Source: Camelus dromedarius (Eukaryota). Taken from it: a DNA stretch of 64,000 nt. Made by a program: the position numbers and the translations under genes. Positions 1-13,155 of the stretch are shown here, piece after piece (position 1 is the first letter of the stretch; each line of letters starts with the position of its first letter). Location of the stretch: positions 53,942,001-54,006,000 of the forward strand of contig NC_087436.1 of assembly GCF_036321535.1 (NCBI RefSeq). The letters are read 5' to 3'. A model generated the notes under the pieces. The model worked only from the letters and a program-made list of their open reading frames with translations. It searched no databases and was not told where the DNA came from.

Positions 1-2118
1 CTGCCTTCATTTTGAGGGACAAGGCCAGGCCCAGTTATTAGCCAGGGCTCGACAATGATCGCAGCCCCAAACCTCACTTTGCGTTAAAATACTCCCCTTT
101 GCCCAGCTCTGTCAGCCTTGGGCCCCTGAAGGGAGGAAGGGGGTGAGGCCTTCGCCCCGTGCTTCCTCCTGTCACCATGTCCCCGCCCCCCAGAGCTTCC
201 TCTGCCCACTTCCTGCCAGTGAGGGGTGGGGGTGAGGCTTTCCCCTCCAGGCCTGGCAGATGGTAAAGGGGTGATGTCTTGGCCTTTCTGAAGCTTCCCT
301 GTGAGTCCCTTCAACTTGATGGGCATCACCATTCTGGGTGGCTGCCTGGTAGCCGTGCCCAGACCTGCCGTCTCCCTCAGCCAGTGCTCCTCCGATCTCT
401 GCCTTCTGAGGTCTCTTCTTCTCACCCCAAACTGCCTGTCTGGTGCTGCCCTCATGTTTTCTCCTGGGCACACTCATCTGGGGGTGAGGCCAGTCCCGCC
501 AGAACAGCCCTCGTCTGCCCTGGCTCCCTCCTCGATCCCTAAGGCAGGGGTCAGACCTCAAGCCCACAGCCTCCTTCCTGACAGACGCAGGCCCTAATCG
601 CGATGTCTCAGAGCTTCCTCAGTGGTCCTCCTGAAATTCTACAGTGGGTTTTGGATAAAAAGAAATCGGCTCACTCCCCGGGGAGTGGAGTCACACAGCG
701 CAGCAACTGCTTTCCCCAGAGGAATCTGCTCCCTCACCGAGTCCTCCCTTCAGCCACTTTTTATCCCCCTGATTTCGCTGGGGTCTGCAAGAGAGGGAAG
801 TTTTGTCTGTGGGGGCCGTGGGGAGAGGTCTTGTCTCCTACTCGCTTTGGTTTTCAGATCGTGATCAGTGCGGTCTGAGGTAAGACTATCGCTCTGACAT
901 CACTTTTCATACTTAACATTTTAGGACAAGTGCATGATGTTGCGTTGGAAGTCAGAATCCTCTTGCCCACTGCTGCCTGCTCTGGGGTCACGTGGCTGGG
1001 CTCAGATCCCTGCTCTGCCACGTTCTCACCAGGATCACCTAGCAAGTTACTCCATCTCTGGGTGTGCGTCTTGCCCTGGGTAGCAGTCCAACCTGGAAGT
1101 TTTACTTGGGGGGAAATAATCCAGGTCTCCCGGTGCTGGCATAGGGTCAGTGTTCAGTTGTGTCGCTCTCCTGTGGTTTTTGTCTGGCTTTTGTTCAGCC
1201 CTGCCCGCCCACATCACCACCTACTGAGCCAACGGCTGTTTCCTTAGCACCTACCTGCTGCCCAAGGAGGAGTGAGCTTTCTAAATGAACAAATGACCTG
1301 GGCTGCCTTCTGCTTGAAATGCCTTCAGATTCAATCCCGGCCCTGCCCTGCCAACCACTTAGTCTCCTCTGCCCACGTGTCACACTTGCACATAGACCCC
1401 TCAGTGGTCCAGGTCCTGCCACTCTGTCTCCGCACTTGCTGACGGGACCTTCTGCCCCTTCCCTCTGCACCCCCATAACACACATGCCGATACCTCTGCC
1501 CAGCACTCTCCTGCTTACTTACCTGACTCCCCTCTGAACCAGCACCTAAGGGCGTCTCCATACGTTCACTTAGTGACCCGTGACTAACACAGCACCTGGC
1601 ATCTCTCAGGTGATCCCCATGAGACCCTTTGCTCAATAACTGAATGAGCTGTATATCTCTGAACCCCTGGAACATGGTGATCACCTGCCACTAGGGCTAG
1701 ACTTCAATGTTTTTCACTTTAGTTTATAGGGACACCACGATCAGAGTCTCTATTACATATTTCAGTTTAAACTTCTCACTTGGGAACATTCCTGAGTCTA
1801 CCTCTCATCTTTTGAACATGCAAGTGAAAATGGGAGTGGCCAGGAACACGCCGGACTTCTGAAAAGTGACGCTTGCAAGGGGCTGTGTTTCCTCGTTCAG
1901 AGAGGCAGCCGTTCCCACCGGGCAGCGAGGCGCTTCCCTGGCCTGAGACGGTGCCCGCGAGGAGCTGTGGCACGGCAGGCCTCCCTGTCAGCTGCCTGGT
2001 TGCAGGACTTCATGGAGACCTGAAAGTGACCGCCCTCCTCTTCCAGCCTCTCCACAAAAGCAGGTCAGGGCCATGTTTTATCTGCAAGAAAGGGTTCCTT
2101 GAATCTCACCAATGACTT

Positions 2119-2220
2119 AAAAAAAATTGTTTCTAATGGGGGTACTGGGGATTGAACCCAGGACCTGGTGCATGCTAGGCATTCACTTTACCACTGAGTT
2201 ATATCCACCCCTCTATCCCT
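2119..2220 (-). mobile_element. tRNA-derived SINE
   Basis: Reverse complement of ...tata(a/g)ctcagtggta...ggtcctgggttcaatccccagtacc (A and B boxes); degenerate TSD ACCAATGACTT / ACCGATGACCT. Confidence 0.85.
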
Positions 2221-5200
2221 ACCGATGACCTTTTTGACAAGAAAAAAAAGGGAAGCCCCGTGCATCGAAAGCAGCTGGTCTTCCTTTAACATTGCATCTC
2301 TTCGCCAGGCCGTGAGTCATGTGGCCCCTGCGCCCTCACGGCTCCCTGAACTGCTCAGGGCCCAGCGAGCTCCCGTTTTTCCATGTCCTCTCTCTGGATT
2401 CTGCAGCAATTAGAATTGCCTAGACAGATGGATGCTTTGGGGTTTGCAGAGTGGCTTTGACCTGTACCATTCTTAGAGAATCTCTCATGAATTGTTAAGG
2501 GGCAGATTTCCCTGTGGCCCATCTTGGTCTTCCAGTGGACACAGTTTTAAACCACATCACCCGCTCTCCAGGACCACCCTTCCCTCCCCGTGTCATTTGT
2601 TTTCTTTAAAATGTTCTATCTTGTCTTTCTTTCTCAAGTAGGGAGATGCCTCTCTCCCTCTTACTGTAGGAAAACTGTTGGCCAGTTCCACCCAGTAGGG
2701 TCTAGTTTAGGGAGGGTGGGTGAATCAGGACCCAGGCTCATAAATCTCGAAGGGGTCCATCTCGCCTGGCTTCGGGTACACATTCCATATGCCTGTCTCT
2801 GTTTCTCGTCCAGCCGTTGGAAGGAATGTGCGTGTCTACGCCAAAGCAGAAGAGTCCCAGACCTCAGGGGCTTGTTAATGCTATTTTTGCCTTTCTCTTC
2901 TGTGTGCATTGAGAGAGAAGAGGCTGAAGCTTGCCAGGTGGCACACAGGCCACTCTGCGCTGGTGGAGAGAGCCACAGACACCCCCGAGGTTTCTCTGTT
3001 TGAAACCCTTCTGGAGCTCTGTTTGCCTTTTGGTGTCTGCACGTGTGGAGAGACCTCTTTCAAGAAGAACTAGTTACACCCAGAACATAGTCCTTTATTG
3101 CAGAACCATGGGGAGAAGCTGCTTCAATTCCAGAGATTGTCAGATGAACGAGGTGCCAATGAGGAGACAGAGGCTGGAGGGACAGTGGGCTGGTTTCTCA
3201 CATCCTTACTGAGATGTACCGTGTTCATCACACCATGGAAGGGTGAGCCCTCACAGCGAGTAGGACACGCTGTAGTACCTGGAAAGTCTTTCAGGAGTCG
3301 TGAATCTTCAGTGACCGGAGTGCCTGGTCAGCGTCTTGGCAGCAGTGAGGTCCCTGGCCTGGTTCAGGGGGCCGCGGGCACGGCCGCACGCTGCTGACTG
3401 CTCGCTGCTCTTGCCCCGCTGTACCACTTCTGTGCGCTCTCAGCTTCCTCCCCCTCACGGCTTCTGCCTGCTCCTGGCTTTTGCTTACTCACGGCCTTTC
3501 CCTCCTGCCTTTACTCTGAGTGCCTCTTAGGTGATTTCCAATTTGTCAAGAAAGAAGATGGATTGGCAAGTTGGTGACTGCCACCTCCTTTAGGCACAAT
3601 CATCCAGTGTGGCCATGGCTTCCTTAGAAGGGGGTCCGGCAGGGCAAGTGCCAGAGCAAAGTGGATTCCTCTCCCATGGTGCTGGGTTAGAAACCCCTCC
3701 AATGTGCTTCGATAGCATCTGATGTCTTTCTCTTGGTCCAACATAATAGTGATGATAATGACGATGATAATGAACTTTGACTGAATTCTTGTTATGTGCA
3801 AAACAGCATAGTGTTTGCATTTCTTGGATTATTTCCTGTATCTTCATAATAGCCTTGGGGTGTAAGGTACCATTTCACAGATAGGGAAATTGAGGCTTCG
3901 GCAGGTTTGATAACTTAACCAAGATCACACAGGTAGTAAGCAGTGGAACTGAGATTCAAGACAAGGTAGTCTGTATTGCAGGATCCTGTCTGTCTGTCTG
4001 CCCACATCTAGCGCTTGTCCAGGCCACCCTTTTTCTGGATTCCAGGGAAATGGCAGGTGAGCCAGGTGGCTTGAGAACAGGATGGTTTGTGCAGGAGAAG
4101 GCTGACTGGAATGCTCTCTCTGCCAACCTCTAGAGCTGGCTTCCCTAAGTGGCTGAGATTTCAGAGTCTCCCTTGTACAGTAACAGACGCACATCGATAC
4201 CTGTCTTGTTTGTTGGCGCTCTCAACTTCTGTTACGTGATACTGCCTGAGATGTGTTTCATTAATATGTCTTACTTCTTCTTAGATGCATATTGGTCTCC
4301 TTGCTAAGTTCTGAGAGATCCTGTCTAGTACCTGGGGGATCTTGGGAATCTATTTTCACTAGAGGATCATCTCTTAAAGCCTCCAGATTGATATGCCGAG
4401 AGCTAATTGTCTAATAGCCGATATGTGGAATGGCTAATTTTCAGAAAATACTTGTTTCAACTTTTTAAATTGACCACTATTCATTTTGTCTCTCTATAGC
4501 ACTTTGTTACGGTCAGTTTGTTTTAGCCTCTGCTGCCTGCTGCAGCAACAGCTGCAGACTTCGAGGAGATGACTGAGGGTCACGAGACTAAACATATAGG
4601 AATACTCAGTATGAACAGAAAGAATTCTTATGTTCATTTATGTGAGGTTTTCTTAATATAATCTTTGTTACTAAAGAATATGTGTATAGGAAATCCTCCT
4701 ATATTCTCGAGTCTGTAGTTTTTGAATATATCCTTCTTGTGACCTGCTGTCTTGGTCTCTGGCTCTGGCTCTCATTCTGACTCTTTCCCTTTCTGTCCCT
4801 GCTGCTGCTGTTCCGAACTCCACCTTTATGTCACCCAAAACAAATGACTAAGGGAATAAGGACCTATGGACAGTGGCTCCACGTCTTACTCATTTATTCT
4901 TATTCCAGCTAGATTCAGCTTCGTAGGATGATATTTTCTGGCTTTACACACCAAGTCCAGCACCCTTGCCGTCTTTAACTCCCAGGGCTCTGCTGCAGGA
5001 TTCAGGTGGGAGGAGAAGGGCTTACTACCAGGGTATAGACAAGGCTCTGTGTGTGCACCTCCCAGAAGCAGCAGGTTCTGGGTACAGAGAAAAGTGGCCA
5101 AAAGACAAATTGCATTTTGTTCCCAATCAGTTTGAGTCCTAAAAAGTTCATTAAACCAAGGAAATGAACATTCACGTTAATGTGGAAAACTGGACCTTAA

Positions 5201-6288
5201 ATCATGTAAGAATTATCAGCGATATAGACAAAACACCTAAAAGTTCCATTCTGAACGGATTGTTTCACTGGTGATGCTGAACAGATAGTGAGTCAGCCTG
5301 AAGGGAGTCATTCACATGGACTCAGTTATTGCCTGCAGATACCAACCAGTTGAGTAACTTATTAAATAAAACTTCCCTCTGCCCCTCGTCTGCTTCCCAC
5401 CCTACCCCCAACACTTTTTTTCCAGCAGAGATTGTGAGCTTTAGTCTTGGGTGAGTGTGTGTGTGTGAGAGAGAGAGATGCCTACATGCCGCACTAAAGC
5501 ATAGTTATCCAGACTCCTCAGATGTAAATGCAGATCCAGACTGAGCCAGTCCATGCAATCCTGAGGTCTGAGGATCCTGGAGTGGCTAAGAGCACCCATG
5601 CTCAAGCCAGGGATTCTAACACTGGCAGGATTTTCTCTCTTCCCCCCTTATTCTTTGTTTCTTCCTAAGCACTGGCTCCCCCTCTCACTGCAGTCTGACT
5701 CTCTCCACAAGGTGAAAAACTCACTGCGCGTGGCTCCTGAGTGGGGCCTTTTACAGCTTCAGCCACTAGAGACAGACCCTGTTCTAAGTCCTGGTGTCTG
5801 AGGATGGGAATTTGGGGCTTCCCAACTCTCCACGGGGCAGTGGGGTCAGGTGAGAGCTGGCAGCTCTGAGGGGCTGATGGAGCCGATTTGGGGAGAGGGA
5901 GTCCTTACAAGAAGGGAGAGGGAGGTGCTGTTCCCCGAAGGAGAGGGTGGTGCCCACAGGTTCCCAGAAGACGAGGTGTCTGCAGCCGGGTGCTTACGCA
6001 TTCCTGAGGATTTACCACGAATCTGAATGTCTATTTTAAAGCACTTGGCAGACTTAACTGTAATCTTAGATTTTTTTTTTCTTCCGGCTTCTTGTCAGCT
6101 ACAGGCTTTAATTATAATTCTTCGCCAGCCGGCATGTTCTGGCACTTCTTACTCATTTGTCAAGTTGAGTTTAACAAAATTAAGAAGTCCAGTCAAAGAC
6201 CCCATCTTTGAGACAACTGAAGGCCAAACTGTCAACTCCCCATCATTTTTGTAATCCAAACTCTTTGTTGCCAGAATTATGTTCAGCA

Positions 6289-6389
6289 TCTCTCTCTCTC
6301 TCTCTCTCCCTCTCTCCCTCTCTCCCTCCCTCCCTCCCTCCCTCCCTCTCTCTCTCCCTCTCTCCCTCTCTCCCTCTCTCCCTCTCTCC

Positions 6390-6428
<39 letters not shown>

Positions 6429-6431
6429 CCT

Positions 6432-6503
<72 letters not shown>
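6289..6503 (+). repeat. (CT)n/(CCCT)n polypyrimidine microsatellite, ~215 nt
   Basis: Directly visible; pyrimidines only. Confidence 0.98.
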
Positions 6504-6508
<5 letters not shown>

Positions 6509-6866
6509 GTCAGAAACAGTAAGACTGCTCTTCAGTGAATATTTGGAAACATTGCACAGGTCAAAGAGTAAGGTTTTGGTTTTTTTTTTTGGTCTCCGCC
6601 TGGGTAAGTAACCCTAACCCAAAAGGAAACAAAAGCGGGCATTGGGCATTGACGTCCACATTTTGTGTTTGAAGATTCTAATTAGTTTCCAATGGATAAC
6701 TACCTGTGTAGATTTGGAATCCATTAAAAATAAAGTTCTTGGTAGTCTTTTCCATGCTCTGCAGAATACTACAGGCTCTCAGTATCTCTCTCCAGCCCTA
6801 TCTTTTGCTGAATGTAGGATTAAATGAGTAGAATCTGCAGTCCAGCTCGGCCCCCAAATGATGGTC

Positions 6867-6880
6867 GTTTCCATGGAAAC
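6867..6880. promoter_or_regulatory. Candidate RFX X-box
   Basis: Perfect palindrome GTTTCCATGGAAAC. Confidence 0.5.
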
Positions 6881-9505
6881 CGTTGAAGGCCTCTCAATTA
6901 AAACTGCCCCTGCAGGCTGGGGAGACTAAAAGTATGAAAATGAGTTTGTCTGAGAAGCCAAATTCTCACCCTCCAAATTAAGCCCAGAGAGGACCGTGAT
7001 CCAGGAATCCACTGACAGTTGGGCTGGTCAGGCAATCAAAGGCGATTTTTTTTTGCTTTTGGGGAGGGAGTGCTCGGTATTTCAGGCGCAGGTGTGTTGT
7101 TGGTTTGCTTGTTTTGCTGAATTCCCCAGATAACTGTCCCTGTTGTCCATGGAGCTCTTTGTGTACAGCCAGGGATCACAGAAGAGTGTTTGGAAACAAT
7201 CTGATCTTTGCGCGGACTTCAGTGTGAATCACAAACAAAAAGCCCATTAAAAATGGATGAAATCATAGAATGGTCTTGAAGTTGGAAGAAACCTAAAGGT
7301 CACTGAGTCCCAGTTTCCCATCCACTTTGGGAACCCCTCCTGGAGCACTGCTGATGGAGGCTCACAGCCTCGGCTGCCACGAGGGAAGCCCATGTTTCCT
7401 TCTGTGAGCCTCCTCTGAGCCCTGCTGGTATTAGAAAGCCCTCCTGAGGATGGAGCTGATGTCTCTTCTGTCACTTAGACCTCTGCTGCCTCTTCTTGGG
7501 GCCAAGTAAATTGAATCTACTTCTCCCATAATTAGGTTGACTTTTTAAAGTTTGAGAATATCATGTACCCCTTCTCCTGGCTGGGCGGGTCCAAAACATT
7601 GAGATTTTAAGTATTAATACCTCGAATGTTCAAAGGCGTTCTGACGGGAGAGGTTAATTTCCTCCCAATGCTGGACCCTCACCACTGTCGCTTAGATTTT
7701 GTCTGACTCCTCTGGCAATATTCCTTTCCACAGCATCATTTTATATAGGTGGAGAATTGGTAACAGTATTTCTGTGTTTTTCTTTTCCCCCTAGAGTATT
7801 CATAATTCAGAGCTTGGTAATCTAAGAAACACAAGGTTGGGTCAAACCATTGGTCTGTGCAGTCTCGTGGAGGGGGTGGTTGCCTGTATACTCTCACCCT
7901 AGACGTTTGCGAGTACACCCTGCATTCCTAAGTGTTTAATAATCTCTCAACCCTTCATCTGTGACTTTATTTAAACCCTGGCCTTTTTCATAGGGTTTAA
8001 GTTGCACATTTCAAGAGTCCTTTATTCCTCATATGTGTTCTGTTGTTAATATCCTATGATTGTTCTTAAGGTGATCTGCCTCCCAAAGAAGCAAAAATGT
8101 TACAAACAAGATAGCCTTGTTCAGTGTTCCTACAGCCTTAAAATGGGTTAACGCATAAAACTCCTAAACTCGGGTGTCGGTTAGTGCCGACTGGGAAGTG
8201 CTGGGAAGCGAACACCTAGCTTCCACTTGGTAGAGGAAGATGACTGAAGTAGACATTCTCTTCTGGTTCCAAAAAATCAATAGCGGTGTGACCTTCAGAA
8301 GTCACCAACCTCTCTTTCTCAGGTGTAAAATCAGATAAGTGCTTTTTATTCTTCCAGGTTGTTGAGAATGCTTTGGAAAAAAATTGTTAATATTAAGACC
8401 TTATAGCAAACTATACTATGGTACTCAGAGGGTATTTTGAGAGCTCAAACTTAATAAGAAAATAAAATATTGATGATGCTGGGTATCTAAGACTCACATA
8501 CATCCACAGCTTTAAAATAACAGTAGCTGGCCTCTGTAAGAATGAATGGTAAATATATACTTTCCATTTTAGAGAAAAAAAAACCTTATAATTTCTAACG
8601 TAGGTTCTGGGTGATATTTGATATGGTATCGCACTTAAGGGAGAAAAGATTTCAGTAAAGAAGTGGCATTATTTGTGGATAAATGAAATTACTCTGGGTT
8701 CTTTTGGCAGGAGAATAAAAGGATTGTAAGCCAGGAAGTAACCTTCGATCTGTAAGTCATTTAAATCCCAGTTCTTAGAAAAAAGGTGGTAAGGAAATAC
8801 CCTAATAACTCAGTGTGGGGCAGCCATCAGCCCAAACCACCCACGTGGGCTTTGGGGATCTGAGCCTGATAGGGTGTCCCGCGAAGCTCAAGGGAGGACC
8901 TGACGTGAGTTTTTCCCTGGAAAACTTTTCGAGGCTGTGGCTGGGACTGGCTGTTGTATTGGCGTTAAAGATTCCAGCTCTACCTCTGTTTCCTGAGAAA
9001 TGCCAAGGGCTTAAAGCAGGCCCTGGTCTGGTATCTGCCTGCACTGAGGATGTAAGGATGACCCCTGTTGGGGGTTGAGAGGTGTTTTTCTAACACATCT
9101 GTTTTTTGCTCAAAACCGCTTATGTTTGGAGGCACAGAAAGCAAAGGTAACATCCACGGCTGCTCCATACAGGATCTGATGACAGTTTCTTGGGGTCATT
9201 TCTTTGCTTTATATAGTTTTACCAAAAATAGGAACCAATCTAGACCTTGGAAAAAAGGTAGTTTCCCTCCCCTCCCCTTGTCTTTTCTTTTCTTTCTTTA
9301 TTTTAATTTTATTTATTTTTATTTAAATTTTTAATTTATTTACTTATTTTGCAGTGTCTCTTGAGTATTAATCACACATACGATGTGATTACCTCTGAAG
9401 TTTTTCTTAGGGCGGGGCAGGGAAAGACAAGGGTGATCATCTTTTCTTGTTGGAAAACTGACCCTGCCTCCTGGCACCCTGTTGTGTGTTCTTTTCCGCG
9501 CCCAG

Positions 9506-9652
9506 GGAGTTCTGTCCAACATCTCTTCCATCACCGATCTCGGCGGCTTTGACCCGGTTTGGCTCTTCCTTGTGGTGGGAGGAGTGATGTTCATTCTGGG
9601 ATTTGCAGGGTGCATTGGAGCTCTACGGGAAAACACCTTCCTTCTCAAGTTT
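9506..9652 (+). CDS. TSPAN5: Tetraspanin-5 coding exon (probably exon 3), 147 nt
   Basis: cccag|GGA...AAG TTT|gtaagt; encodes [49 protein letters not shown], recognised as TSPAN5. Upstream exons lie outside the window. Confidence 0.96.
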
Positions 9653-10908
9653 GTAAGTACCACACTCTGCTCTCAGGTTGAGAGCCAAACTCTCAGCTCA
9701 CGTCAGGAGGGCACCCTGTCTACAGGCAGGAGTGAGCAGTACCAAAGGCACCAGCAGGAATGCGGCCGGGGTGATGCTCTTCCTTTAGGAGGGCTGTTTA
9801 GGTTCCACCCCACCTCCACCCCCACCCCCGTCTCCTTAATAATACAAGTGCCACCCCCGCCCCGAGCTGTCCATGGAGGTTCTGTACATGGATATCACAC
9901 GTTTGCATTCCATCCCTAAAATACCTTTAGGACTAAGGTGGGTCTATATATGTATATAGCTTTCTTCTTTTGAGTGATGTGTGCCCCTTCTTTTAAGCAC
10001 ATAGTCAGTAGAAAGCTGTTCAGGTAGTTGGTTTAGAGAAACCAGACATAAGCACAGTGGTTGTGGCATGTCTGTCTCAAGTCTATTAAGCAGTAGGTTT
10101 TGGCGAATATAGAGAAACAGTCCCTGCACATCCCCTGTGCTCTCTGCCAGTGCAAAGTCCTCCTTTGTATGACCAGTGTAGTTTTTAGGTCCCTCGCAGA
10201 ATATTTTGGTGTGATCACTTTTAGCATGAGTATTTTTGGAAGAGGAGTTGTACCAGGGGGTAGATAAGGATTAGGTCGAGAATGAAAAGTAAAAGCAAGT
10301 GCTTACGCACATGTGCACGTGTGTGTGTTTGTGTGCATGTGTGAGAAATCCGTGTGGTAGGTGTAGCCGGTGGTCAGCCGAGTGTGCCTGTCTGTCTGGA
10401 GCTTGGTGGGCGTCTGTCTCACAGCCCTCTGTACGACAGCATCCACTCTCTCTCCAAGAACAGAAAAATGATTTGAAAAAACCCCGCCTTCCTGTGGTGA
10501 GATGGTAGGACTTCTAAGAAGAGGATTAGTGTAATATTACCTTTTCCTAGGATGATTCTCAACCCTTGTTGACTCATCATCACCTGGGGACATTTTCATT
10601 TAAAACAAGAGCATCTCCCAGAACTAGTCCCCACAGCCGGGCAGCACGTGATTCTCTTCCCCAGCATGTCTGCCGCATCTCCCCTGGCATCTTTTCTTGA
10701 AGTGCCCTAAGAAGAGCAGACTCACTGCCCACTCACTGTCCCCCAGGCTCTCTGCTTTTGAATTGAGGTGGCTCTGCCTCAGACAAAGTTCTGGAGGCTG
10801 TTTAACCCAGAAGTTCATATGACCCATGCTAATGGGAAACCCAAGGGATGCTTGGTCCTGCGTGCCATTTAAGGAGCAGTTGGTTCTCTGTTCTTTATAC
10901 GTAGGTGT

Positions 10909-11051
<143 letters not shown>

Positions 11052-11280
11052 CATTCTTCACCTGTGGAGCTCCCAGGAGAGCTTTGCCTCTGATTGTGAC
11101 CTGCCAGGCTTCATGGTATGAGACACTTAGGAGTGGCACCTGATAAACCGGGGAGTTGTTTCATGCTGTGGGGTAGGCATTGCGTGAAGTGATAGGATTT
11201 TTTCTCTATCTTTTTTTCTGGATTGAGGAAAGCTAACTTTGAAATTGTTGGTACTACTGATGATAATTGAGAACTATTTA

Positions 11281-11367
11281 GGTGGTGTATAGCTCAGTGG
11301 TAGAGTGCTTAGCATGCATGAGGTCCTGGATTCAATGCCCAGTACCTCCATTAAAAAAAGAAAAAAA
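11281..11367 (+). mobile_element. tRNA-derived SINE
   Basis: gtatagctcagtggtagag...ggattcaatgcccagtacctccattaaaaaa; degenerate TSD AGAACTATTT / AGAACTGTTT. Confidence 0.85.
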
Positions 11368-12984
11368 GAACTGTTTTAGATTCTGTTTCTAGTGAACTCA
11401 TCATGGACAGATAACCAGGAGCTCTTTGGAACCTGAGGGGCTGAGCTGGAGAGTCTAGAACTTGGATGTAAGCCTTGGGGTCCTAGACTTTGCCAGGCAC
11501 TTATTTCTTCCTTCCACCCCTCCCCTCAGGCCCATCCTCCCAGAGTGGCACTTGGCACCCTGGAGAAACACTGTCAGATACACTGACATCTAGTGTGAAA
11601 CAGCCTCGCCCAACCCTCATCTCCTACCCCATCCCTCAGTCACGAAAGACTGAGCTCTTTGGAGGCAGAGCTGTGGTCTTACTTATCCTCGCTTCTGCAA
11701 AGCCCAGCTAGGCCAGGGCCTGATCTGTTGTGAGCTATTCAGTAAATATTTGCTGAATGAATAAACGTTTTTTGTCTTTTAATTCTCACAAGTAACTGTA
11801 CTTTCCTTAGCACCCCTGGCCTATGTATTTGTCTCTCGGTTGGCTGCTTGATGTCTCCGGCTGGATGTGGAAACAGCAGGCGGTACTAGCCCCACTGCCT
11901 CTTCAGCCACTCGCTGGGCAGCAGCCTGTAGGAGCTCGGCTGAGCAGGGGGCCCAGTGTCATCTTTTCTGCCCTTGTCGCCAGAAATTTGCTTGCACTTT
12001 TTACCCTCTGGTCCTTCACAGCCTCATTTCTCATAATCTGTGTGAGCAAAAAAGTTTGAAAAGGGTGAGAATGTAGGGGTGGGAGGAAGTGGAAAGAACC
12101 ATGGGTGTGAGTGGGATGTCGATGTGACTAAGATGGGGCACTTCTTGTGGGTGAAAGGGACATTTCTCCAGACTGATGGCAGCCATACATAACCCATGGC
12201 CTTTAGCTTCCGTCCTTCCTTCCTTTTAAATGCTTGTTGTCTCCATCAGCCAGGAGTCTTCCTCTGACTGTGTGTTGATGTTGTTTGAAATATTTCCGAG
12301 CCTGGTGCTTCACAAAGGAAGGCTGGCACGGCTCACATTCCCGAGAAAAGCCCTCAACCCAGTGGTTTCATTTTGTTTTCATGATGGGAAATTATTTTCA
12401 TGTCACAGCTACCCGCCCCACCCCACTCCTCTTTGACCCCTTCATCTCAGATGAACACATCTGCTGTTGTACCCTGTATAGCAGGGGCAAAGGGGAATTA
12501 AAACAGTGTCTGAATCCAGGAAAGGAATATATTGCACACAGAATCAAGGCCACAGTAACAAATGACAGGCGATCTTAAAATATTGGGATAGTTTATCTTT
12601 CAGCATTACAAAAGCTTATTGGAGGTAGGGGCAGGTCATTGTTCAAGCATCTGAGAAGTGCATTAATCAGGAGAAATTCATTAAGCCTTAATGTGGGTCT
12701 AATGAGAAATTCCTATTACCCGTGTTTGCTTATGGGCTTTGTTGGTTAATTACCAAGTGAAACACCAGAGCCCCTAAAAAGTGATTATGAAGTGATTTTT
12801 AAAAATCATTTATTGGAGTGTGATATTGTATCAGTGACTCTTAAGAAATTGATGGTTATCTGCTTTGGACATGTGTAACAGCCCAGTGTGATTACAAACC
12901 TTTTTAGAAAGAACCATTTAACTATCTATGTATGATCAAACTAGTCCTCATAACTGTTCTCTTGTGTGTGTTCTTTTGTCTTAG

Positions 12985-13155
12985 TTTTCTGTGTTCCTGG
13001 GAATTATTTTCTTCCTGGAGCTCACTGCCGGGGTTCTGGCATTTGTTTTCAAAGACTGGATCAAAGACCAGCTGTATTTCTTTATAAACAACAACATCAG
13101 AGCGTACAGGGATGACATTGATTTGCAAAACCTCATAGACTTCACCCAGGAATAT
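12985..13155 (+). CDS. TSPAN5: Tetraspanin-5 coding exon (probably exon 4), 171 nt
   Basis: cttag|TTT TCT...GAA TAT|gtaagt; FSVFLGIIFFLELTAGVLAFVFKDWIKDQLYFFINNNIRAYRDDIDLQNLIDFTQEY (TM3 and start of the large extracellular loop). Confidence 0.96.

Noticed and set aside
11281..11350. tRNA gene (also 2140-2215, 48180-48250, 60015-60085)
   Set aside because: A/B boxes are present, but the copies are degenerate, have A-rich tails and TSD-like flanks, and recur as a family: SINEs, not tRNA genes.
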